Notes under the pieces: model-generated | The model's input: the letters and a program-made list of their open reading frames with translations, nothing else | The model's database searches: none | What the model was told of the DNA's origin: nothing | Shown: in pieces, positions 56,236 through 64,000 of the stretch | Layout: each line of letters starts with the position of its first letter | Position numbering within the stretch: the first letter of the stretch is position 1 | Source of the DNA: a virus | DNA: 64,000 nt | Virus record (IMG/VR): IMGVR_UViG_3300023174_000001 | Span: 71,070 to 135,069 of that record | Direction: 5' to 3' (one strand) | Program-made: the position numbers and the translations under genes

Positions 56236-59200
56236 TGCAGTCAAAACTTTTAGGTATAGACCAAGATGGCGTTGCTTACTACGGTAATTTCGAAAAATAC
56301 ATTGCTATCAATACAAATTTCAATGTTGTAGTTGAGCACGGCAAAACTGAAGATATTGCGGAAAAAGTAAAATCTTTAGGTGCCCCAGTTCCTTTACCAA
56401 TTGAAACTATAGAACTTGCCATCAATGCTTTATCTGCTACAAAAGAAAATTTTGAAACTCTATTGGCATCTGCTCGTTTATACACTATACCAGCGGGTGT
56501 TAAGGCAGAAGCAAAAAAGGCTCTTGAGTGGCATAAAGAGCATCACCGTGGTGGGACTCCTGTTGGTATGAATACTGCTCGTACCCTTGCTCGTGGTGGA
56601 CAGATTGGTATAGAGAAAGTTCGCCACATCGCAAAGTACTTCCCCCGTCACGAAGTAGATAAAAGGGGTAAAGGCTGGGAGCCAGGCGAAGACAACTTCC
56701 CAAGCAACGGAAGAATTGCCTGGGCACTTTGGGGTGGCGATGCTGCTTGGCGTTGGGCTAAAGCAATTGTTGAGCGTGAGAATGCTAAGGCTCTAAGAGC
56801 AGACGCTGGATACTCAGAGATTGTATCTGCTGATTTATCTCCAATTGAAGATGCTTTCAAAATGAATGACAGCATTGCTCCAGATTTTATGGCTCGTGTC
56901 CGCCTTGATGGTTCTGGAATTGACCGTATTTACAAAATTGATTTAGACGGTCAAGTGTATGCGTGGGATGATGGAACTTGGGATGATTTAGGTAACGCAG
57001 AAAACGGCGACATTTGGACTTATGACAAGGCTTTAGATGACCCTTATGATTTGGTTGAAAAGACTCATATCCAAATTGACCCTGAGTCAGCAATTATTAT
57101 TTGTGCTCGTCTAAACACAGAGCCTTTCAGAAATATTTCTATTGATGAAATTGATGAAGAAGAGGCTCGTATGGCAGCAGATGCTGCTGGCGAAGAAGAC
57201 TGGGACTTCATTGACGATGTAATCACCGCTGCTGGTGAAGGCATTGGGGCAACAAGTAAAGATGGAAACTACACCCCCCAAGAGCGTTCACAAAATGCTT
57301 CTAAGCAGGTAAGAGATGGTGGCGGAAGATTTGCTACTCAGGGTAAGAATGTTTCAGTAAAGGGTCAAGGTAATGGAATTATTACTAATGTTGACCAAAA
57401 CTCAGGCAATGTAACTGTAAAAATGGAAAATGGCCAGTCTGTGGTTGTTTCCGCTAAAGACACTAAACAAACAGAAGGTGAAGATATTTCTTCTCCTGTA
57501 GGTCCTTACAATAATGCTGACTTACAAGGTCCATTAGATGTTTCTGGAATTCTAGGCGAGCCACGCACTCCGCAGAATATGCCAAAGGCAACTCTTCCAG
57601 AAACTTATCCACCAATTAAAAAAGAAGACCTACACAAACTTCTCGCTGATTTCCCTGCTTGGGTTAGAGAACAGCGTGCTCAGTACAACGGAAATGCAAA
57701 ACAATCAAATCCAAATTTTGCTAATGAAACTGAATTTGACAACTCGGCTAAAGATTCTGAAAAAGAAATAGAAGATAAAACTAAGGCTGAAGATGATAAA
57801 CCTACTGGCAAGAAGATGGGTCGCCCACCTAAGCCAAAGGTAGACCCTAACTCGTATCACCCGTTGCTTCGTCAATGGGAGAGAAGCATAAATCCTGAGA
57901 CTCCAGATGTATCAGACGGAGACCTTGACGATAATTGGGCCAGACCAATTATGGCTGCTGGGGATAAAGCAAAGGGTTCGGATGTTCAGCCAGTGTATTT
58001 GGCTATCGTTTCTCCAGACGACCCTCGTGCTGTACTTGAGTGTGTATCTGTAGTACCAGCAAGTGCTACATCTAACCAGCCTATGACTTATGTTCGTAGA
58101 AACAAGAAGTGGGAGAGAGACCCTAAGTTCCTAGAAGACCTAAAGTCTGCCACTCCACCACCTGTTGTCCCACTAAAGCCAGAAGTATTGAATGATGTAC
58201 TTATTCAAATTGACGGTCTAACTGCCAGCATTGGCTTTAGTACTGACTTAGAACTTATGGTTCTTTTTGGTCCAAGAGTAGAAATTATTGAACAATTCAG
58301 TAATTTAGAAACACTTTACGCTGCTGGTGGTTTGGACCGAAACAGGGGCAAGGCAGAAAAACTTCGTAAATACTGGACAGTTGGCCGTGGTGGTCGTCGC
58401 AAGATTCGTTGGAACACTGGAGGAGATTGGACACGCTGTGTTCGTTATCTATCTAAGTACCTAGGTCCTCGTGCCAAGGGCTACTGTGCTTTACGCCACA
58501 AGGAAGTTACTGGTCTATGGACTGGCGATAAAGAACACATGCAGCGTTATGGTGGTAGGCGTGACAAGGGAAGAAACTTCTTTAGCAACGATGTAATAAA
58601 CTCCACTGAAAAAATTGCTGAAATTTCATATCTAACTGCTCAAAGAAATGACCTATCTAACAAGATGGCTTTGATAGCGTCTTCAATTCCTAGGCTTGTG
58701 CAGTCTATGCCACCTAAGAAATTAGTAGATGGTGAAAAATTCTTTATTCCTTTAGTAATCCCAGAGCAGGTTGAATCTGGAGATGGTAGAAAATTCAAAA
58801 GGGATGCTATCACTTGGCGTGAATTACCACTTCCACTTATGTGGCAGATGAAAACTAGCAGTGGGCACGATGGCTCTGTAGTAGTTGGTCGCATTGACCA
58901 TATTGAAAGAGTTGATGGTGGAGTTGGAAATTGCCACGGCGTATTTGATACTAGCCCACACGCTTTAGAAGTAGTTCGACTAATCAAAAACGGTTTTATT
59001 CGTGGTACTTCCGCAGATATGGATAAGTTTGAGGCTACTGAAGAAAAGCCTGAAACCGAAAACGCAGAACTAGAAAAACCAAGTATTGATAAAAAAGAGG
59101 TTGGCAAGGACAAACTTGTAATTAGTAAAGGTCGAATTATGGCTGTTACTATCGTGCCAAAACCAGCATTCCAAGAATGCAAGATTTTCCTAACGGAAGA

Positions 59201-61097
59201 ACCAGAAAACAATAACAATCCACAACAGGAGGAACCCGTGATTAACGACGGAATCTATGTGGATGATGCGGATGAATTCGATGCTATTAGCCTTATCGCT
59301 TGCGGTATGGTAGCAGGAGCAATCCCTATCAATCCACCAAGCGATTGGTTCAAAAAACCAGTCTTAAACGGCCCAACCCCCCTCACCGTAACAGATGATG
59401 GTCAGGTTTACGGGCACATTGCTTCTTGGGAGACTGACCACATTGGTCTTTCTAGAGGTACTAAACCACCACGCAGTAGAAGCAACTATGCGTACTTCCA
59501 CACTGGAGTATGTAAGACTGCCGAAGGTAGCGATGTCTCAGTGGGTCAGTTGACTCTTGCTGGTGGACACGCTTCTCTAGAGGCAAGTGCTTCTGAAGCA
59601 GTAAAGCACTACGACGACACAGCGTCGGCAGTAGCAGATGTTCACGCTGGAGAAGACCAGTACGGAATTTATGTTGCTGGTGCTTTGAGACCAGGAACTA
59701 CACCAGAGCAAGTTAGAGCACTTCGTGCTTCCGCTCCATCAGGTGACTGGCGACCAATCCGCGGGTCGCTTGAACTTGTGGCGGTATGTCAGGTAAATGT
59801 TCCCGGCTTCCCAGTTGCTCGTGCTCGTGTTGCTTCAGGTGCTGTTATGGCTCTAGTTGCTGCTGGTGCGGCAACACTAGCCAAGATGAAGTCTGACCCA
59901 GTAACCGAACTCACTGCTCGCCTAAAGAAGTTGGAGACTTACGCAGTTTCTGACAAACTTGAAAAAGTTGAGGCTATCAAGGCTAAATTTGCTGAATTCA
60001 AGGCTCAGCCAGTGGCGGAAGTAGTAGAAGAAGTAGACCTAGTTGCTAGGGCTCAAGAACTTTCTGCTAAATTCCAAACACTAACTGCCAGTGCTGAAGA
60101 GGATGTATTTGCTTACATTCCTATGATTGAGCGTCAGAAGTTGGCTAAGTCTGGTAAGGCTCTTCCAAGTGGCTCTTTCCCTATCCGTAATGCCGAAGAT
60201 TTGCAGAACGCTATCAAGGCTTTTGGTAGAGCAAAAGAATCCGAGAGAGCAGATGTAAAGCGTCATATTATCAAGCGTGCTCGTGCCCTTGGTAAGTATG
60301 ATTTAGTGCCAGATGATTGGAAAAAATTCTCTTCTAAGGCCGTAACTGCTAGTGCTGAAGAACTAAAGGCAAGACTCGCTTCTGCGGAGGAACGCCTGGG
60401 AAAAGCACAAGCGACTGAGTTTGCTGAAGCACCTATGCCTGTGGCACCTGAGGTTCCGTCTGGAGTCTCTGCCGTACCACAGCAAGTTGCTTACGACCCA
60501 GCAAGCCCAGTCGCACCTACTCAGCCAGCAGCACCAGCCACAGTCCCATCTAACGATGTTGAGAGCGGTTTATTGAATCCAGAAACTGGAAGATATACTC
60601 CGCAAACTCAGCCTCGTGATGAAAATGGAAAGTTCCGTCAGGTTCTTGCTCGTTTAAAGCAAGACCTAGGAACCGCTGGTCTACAAAGTGTTCTAGAAGA
60701 AGCAAAAACAGTGGACAAACTACACTCTCTAGGTAGTTATGTAGAGGCCGCAAATGCTAGCGTCAATCTCCAAGATATCCTTGGCAGACTTGACTCTGGA
60801 GCCTTGAACAACAAAGCCCTAGAAAATGTACGCTCGTCTGCTAAAGAACTTGGCACGGTAATTGCAAACCTACCATTAGGTTTCAACGACCAAGCCGAAA
60901 AGGTTAGATATTCTGACCTGCCCCCAGCCCTAAGAGACCTTATGGATAATATGGTCGCTAAGGTTGAGGCAAAAATTGGTAAGGAAGATGCCGACATCGC
61001 CACCGAGAAAATTAGACAATTCAAGAATGGCTCAGATGTTTTCAATCAAAGCAACATTTCGTCAGAAATGTCAAAGTTGCTCCGCTTGCTTACCTAA
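56235..61097 (+). CDS. Multidomain capsid maturation protease / scaffold polyprotein
   Basis: Protease core ESGDGR..LPLPLMWQ..GHDG..VVGRID..GTSAD..VPKPAFQE (~58740-59180). Accessory domains RIAWALWGGD, KIRW..GDWTRC, GHIASW..SGDWR, and a DUF6582-like GSFPI....L.NAI...GR....HI..RA. Confidence 0.82.
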   Translation: MQSKLLGIDQDGVAYYGNFEKYIAINTNFNVVVEHGKTEDIAEKVKSLGAPVPLPIETIELAINALSATKENFETLLASARLYTIPAGVKAEAKKALEWHKEHHRGGTPVGMNTARTLARGGQIGIEKVRHIAKYFPRHEVDKRGKGWEPGEDNFPSNGRIAWALWGGDAAWRWAKAIVERENAKALRADAGYSEIVSADLSPIEDAFKMNDSIAPDFMARVRLDGSGIDRIYKIDLDGQVYAWDDGTWDDLGNAENGDIWTYDKALDDPYDLVEKTHIQIDPESAIIICARLNTEPFRNISIDEIDEEEARMAADAAGEEDWDFIDDVITAAGEGIGATSKDGNYTPQERSQNASKQVRDGGGRFATQGKNVSVKGQGNGIITNVDQNSGNVTVKMENGQSVVVSAKDTKQTEGEDISSPVGPYNNADLQGPLDVSGILGEPRTPQNMPKATLPETYPPIKKEDLHKLLADFPAWVREQRAQYNGNAKQSNPNFANETEFDNSAKDSEKEIEDKTKAEDDKPTGKKMGRPPKPKVDPNSYHPLLRQWERSINPETPDVSDGDLDDNWARPIMAAGDKAKGSDVQPVYLAIVSPDDPRAVLECVSVVPASATSNQPMTYVRRNKKWERDPKFLEDLKSATPPPVVPLKPEVLNDVLIQIDGLTASIGFSTDLELMVLFGPRVEIIEQFSNLETLYAAGGLDRNRGKAEKLRKYWTVGRGGRRKIRWNTGGDWTRCVRYLSKYLGPRAKGYCALRHKEVTGLWTGDKEHMQRYGGRRDKGRNFFSNDVINSTEKIAEISYLTAQRNDLSNKMALIASSIPRLVQSMPPKKLVDGEKFFIPLVIPEQVESGDGRKFKRDAITWRELPLPLMWQMKTSSGHDGSVVVGRIDHIERVDGGVGNCHGVFDTSPHALEVVRLIKNGFIRGTSADMDKFEATEEKPETENAELEKPSIDKKEVGKDKLVISKGRIMAVTIVPKPAFQECKIFLTEEPENNNNPQQEEPVINDGIYVDDADEFDAISLIACGMVAGAIPINPPSDWFKKPVLNGPTPLTVTDDGQVYGHIASWETDHIGLSRGTKPPRSRSNYAYFHTGVCKTAEGSDVSVGQLTLAGGHASLEASASEAVKHYDDTASAVADVHAGEDQYGIYVAGALRPGTTPEQVRALRASAPSGDWRPIRGSLELVAVCQVNVPGFPVARARVASGAVMALVAAGAATLAKMKSDPVTELTARLKKLETYAVSDKLEKVEAIKAKFAEFKAQPVAEVVEEVDLVARAQELSAKFQTLTASAEEDVFAYIPMIERQKLAKSGKALPSGSFPIRNAEDLQNAIKAFGRAKESERADVKRHIIKRARALGKYDLVPDDWKKFSSKAVTASAEELKARLASAEERLGKAQATEFAEAPMPVAPEVPSGVSAVPQQVAYDPASPVAPTQPAAPATVPSNDVESGLLNPETGRYTPQTQPRDENGKFRQVLARLKQDLGTAGLQSVLEEAKTVDKLHSLGSYVEAANASVNLQDILGRLDSGALNNKALENVRSSAKELGTVIANLPLGFNDQAEKVRYSDLPPALRDLMDNMVAKVEAKIGKEDADIATEKIRQFKNGSDVFNQSNISSEMSKLLRLLT

Positions 61098-61245
61098 AAC
61101 TAAATAATAACCAATAGAAATCTATTGTAAAATAAATGTTAGGTGGAGTGCCTTCACGCCATATTTATGTGTGCGTCTAGTCCCTTTGCTTAAACCAAGC
61201 AATTAGGTGAAATACACCTAATACAACTGTCCTTAAGGAGGAACA

Positions 61246-63264
61246 GTGGACCAAATTAAGTCGCAGGTAGATAGCCTGTCTGAACTTAGTGACGAGCAAG
61301 TCTCGGAACTTCAGGCCGCTATCGTAAGCGAATTTGAGAAGGTCGAGTCTCAGGACATTTCTCCAGAAACAGTTGACGCTATGTCATCCCTCGCCGATAT
61401 GTTGGACACCGTACGCGGTGATATCCAGCGTAGAGAATTGCAAGCAGAAGAACTCGCTTCACGAGCATCTGAAGCAGCAATGCGTGTCAAGGGTGAGGGT
61501 GAAGGCGATGTGGCTCCGGGTGAAGGCAACGATGTTGCTCCTATGGAAGAAGTAATTCCAACCGACGAGCCTGTTGCACCTGCTGAGGAAGAGCCAAAGC
61601 CAGAAGGCGAAATGGGCGAAATGCCTGTTTCACCTGAGGAAGAGGAAGCCCCAGTAGTACCTGCCGAAGAAGAAGAAGAAGACAAGCCTGTAGGCGAGTA
61701 CTCGACTGAAAATTCTGCCGATGCGTCAATTAGTACTGAAGAGACTCTAGAGTTCTCAACCGAGGCTACCCCAGAGGTAGTTGAACCAACCGAAGGTGGC
61801 GAAATCGCTACTGAGGAAACACCAAACATCGAAACTCCAACAGTGGAAGAAGTTCCACAGGAAGAACAGGTTACTGTGACCGCATCAGCAGAAGAGGGCT
61901 TCCAAGCCCCGGCTGACCGCCAGCCAGTTATCCAGGTAAAAGAGACAGCACAGGTAGCAATCACTGCTGGTGCTGACATCCCTGGTTACACTGCGGGAAG
62001 CACAATTGACAGCATTTCAGAAGTTGCTGTCGCAATGGAGAAGAGAATTCACTCTCTTCGCCGTGTAAATGGTGGAGATGGAGAGCAGCACATCGTTGCT
62101 TCATTCTCAACCATCTACCCAGAAGAGAGAACTCTCTCAACTGACGCAGAGTCAAACAAGGCAAAGATTGATGCCGTTGTTGGTCAGCAAGCACTTACTG
62201 CTTCTGGTGGACACGCAGCACCATTCGAGGTCAAGTACGACATCTTCGGACTAGGTTCAACCACTGACCGCCCGGTTCGTGATTTGCTTCCTAAGTTCCA
62301 GGCTGACCGTGGTGGTGTTCGTTTTGTAACTCCTCCAACACTAATTAGCCTTACAAACGCAAACGCAAACGCTGCCTCAGTTTATGGCTACGCAAACGCT
62401 GTTGGTCTGTGGAACGAAACTACTGCTACTCCAAGCGTTGCTTCATGGCAGAACAACCTAAGTGACTCTACTGGAACAGTAAAGGACTACTTAACCGTAA
62501 CAGCCGCTGCTGAGCAGGTTGCTCAGACTGACGCTGTAACTCTACAGTTGCAGTTCGGTAACCTAATGACCCGTGCTTACCCAGAACTAATTGCTCGTCA
62601 CAACGAGTTGGCTCTAGTTCAGCACGCTCGCGAGGCAGAACTGGTCCTAATCAACAAGATTAGCGGTTTCAGCAAGGCTGTAAACGCACACGCTGCTACC
62701 TCTGAGGCCGCAAACCTTATTGGTGTTGGTCGTGACTTCTTGGTACAGGTTCGTAAGGCATCTGTTGCTTACCGTAGCCGTCACCGTCTATCTCCAGAGA
62801 CTCGCCTAAAGGCGATTATCCCTGCGTGGATTTACGATGCAATGGCTGCTGACTTGACACTAAACATGCCAGGTGATGGCAACCTAGGTGTTGGAGCATC
62901 AGAAATCAAGGGTTACCTATCTGGAAGCAATGTAGACCTAGTGGCATCACTAGACCTTGGCTCATTCGGTGCACAGCCTGGTGCTACCGCTAAGTTGCTT
63001 GAGTTCCCAGACACATTTGACTGGTACCTATTCGCAGAGGGTTCATTCCTCTTCCTAGATGGTGGAACTCTTGACCTTGGTATTATCCGTGACTCTTCAC
63101 TGGTAAGCACCAACGACTACAAGATGTTCATCGAAACCTTCGAAGGTGTTGCCTTCGTTGGTGTTGAATCTCTAAAGATTACAACTGCAATTAGCGTCAA
63201 CGGTGTGGCTGCGGCTCTACGCGACACCACTGGTGGTGCAACCGCTGCTGCTATCGAAGAGTAA
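61246..63264 (+). CDS. Major capsid (hexamer-type) protein with acidic N-terminal scaffold region
   Basis: TAAGGAGG RBS with GTG start; ALTASGG..AP...YD, RPVRD.LP.F..DRGG, FLFLDGGTLDLGIIRDS.L..TNDY..F.ETFEG. Confidence 0.9.
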   Translation: MDQIKSQVDSLSELSDEQVSELQAAIVSEFEKVESQDISPETVDAMSSLADMLDTVRGDIQRRELQAEELASRASEAAMRVKGEGEGDVAPGEGNDVAPMEEVIPTDEPVAPAEEEPKPEGEMGEMPVSPEEEEAPVVPAEEEEEDKPVGEYSTENSADASISTEETLEFSTEATPEVVEPTEGGEIATEETPNIETPTVEEVPQEEQVTVTASAEEGFQAPADRQPVIQVKETAQVAITAGADIPGYTAGSTIDSISEVAVAMEKRIHSLRRVNGGDGEQHIVASFSTIYPEERTLSTDAESNKAKIDAVVGQQALTASGGHAAPFEVKYDIFGLGSTTDRPVRDLLPKFQADRGGVRFVTPPTLISLTNANANAASVYGYANAVGLWNETTATPSVASWQNNLSDSTGTVKDYLTVTAAAEQVAQTDAVTLQLQFGNLMTRAYPELIARHNELALVQHAREAELVLINKISGFSKAVNAHAATSEAANLIGVGRDFLVQVRKASVAYRSRHRLSPETRLKAIIPAWIYDAMAADLTLNMPGDGNLGVGASEIKGYLSGSNVDLVASLDLGSFGAQPGATAKLLEFPDTFDWYLFAEGSFLFLDGGTLDLGIIRDSSLVSTNDYKMFIETFEGVAFVGVESLKITTAISVNGVAAALRDTTGGATAAAIEE

Positions 63265-63365
63265 AAACTCTTTTAGCAAAAGCAAATCCGTTGTGTGCGG
63301 GGTGGGTCTTTCGAGGCCCACCCCAAACACCACAAAAAAACTTTTATAAACCCTAAGGATTTTAA

Positions 63366-64000
63366 ATGGCTTTCCCAAAGAATGGCGTTGTAGAGGCACC
63401 TAAGATTGTGCCCTCCGCTTTTGGTCTACTTGTCGTAGTCAAGCCTGAAAACTCGACTGACGAAGACCGCTGGATTCGTGGTTTTTCTCAAGAATATGAA
63501 ACCGAACTTTACTCAGCAAAAAACTGGGATGACACTGACACTACCAGTTCTGTAGTTGTAACTGAAGGCGTTCCTAATTATTTTATTAAAATTGACCCAT
63601 TCTTTATTGAAGTAGAAGAAGTTCGCTCAACTCTAGGATTTTTAGGTCTTGACCGTATTGCACGCTTAAAGCGTCAAGTCGAGGGCATTACTCAAGATGC
63701 TATGGAAAAAGAACTTTGGGATGGGGATATCCGAATTGGTCAGAGCCACCCTAATCGGGCTCTAGTCTCTTCTGGAGTTACCGTACTTGATGGTACTGGA
63801 CTTTCATCAAAGCGTGCTTTGGCAATTCTAGAACACGGTATTGGTGTGGCATCAGAATCTGGAGAGCAAGGAGTCATTCACGCTACTAGAGATACAGTCG
63901 CTATCCTCTCAAGCAACAATCAAATGCTTTTCCACAGCAAAAACTTTGACCACCTACAAACTTTTGGTGGCACTCCACTGGTAGTAGGTTCTGGCTACAC
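63366..64000 (+). CDS. 3'-truncated capsid-associated protein (pentamer-type capsid protein by position and motifs)
   Basis: MAFPKNGVVEAPKIVPSAFGLL...RWIRG...PF.IEV...E.ELW.G...ALA.LE...GVIHA..T.GGTPLVVGSGY; runs off the window. Confidence 0.65.
   Translation, partial: MAFPKNGVVEAPKIVPSAFGLLVVVKPENSTDEDRWIRGFSQEYETELYSAKNWDDTDTTSSVVVTEGVPNYFIKIDPFFIEVEEVRSTLGFLGLDRIARLKRQVEGITQDAMEKELWDGDIRIGQSHPNRALVSSGVTVLDGTGLSSKRALAILEHGIGVASESGEQGVIHATRDTVAILSSNNQMLFHSKNFDHLQTFGGTPLVVGSGY

Noticed and set aside
32177-63399. Numerous minus-strand ORFs within the head operon
   Set aside because: Antisense shadows of long + strand genes, without RBS or motifs.
1-64000. Stop-codon reassignment, integrase, transposase, or reverse transcriptase/DGR
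   Set aside because: TAG and TGA terminate well-formed genes, coding density is high under the standard code, and no such catalytic motifs were recognised.

Overview
A 64-kb segment of a large tailed dsDNA phage, almost certainly of an actinobacterium (inferred from a ClgR-like regulator, SigR/SigH-type promoters, a DUF1360 gene, and portal/capsid proteins resembling cluster-B-type actinophages). Nearly all genes are on the + strand. About 1-25.7 kb is an accessory region of ~55 mostly small genes. It includes a CHAP-like protein, a MoxR AAA+/vWA pair, WGR, ClgR-like HTH, DUF6011, NlpC/P60 and an HDAC-family deacetylase, arranged as promoter-gene-terminator cassettes separated by heavily repeated motifs. 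About 25.9-64 kb is the packaging/head module: TerL, a phosphatase, portal, Dps, two giant polyvalent proteins (2823 and 4227 aa), a protease polyprotein and capsid genes. Two candidate systems stand out. (1) A stress-regulon-mimicking circuit: 16 GGAAT-N17/18-GTT promoters, five of them preceded at an invariant distance by ClgR boxes, a phage ClgR homologue, and a hairpin whose loop is antisense to a leader/RBS shared by five genes. (2) A head-operon polyvalent effector array: four ADP-ribosyltransferase domains plus zincin, ParB, GNAT, kinase and DUF3626 domains. It carries shared putative targeting and cleavage motifs, a nested overlapping small gene, and a canonical -1 frameshift signal that would add a further module. 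All assignments come from motif recognition by eye; no searches were run.
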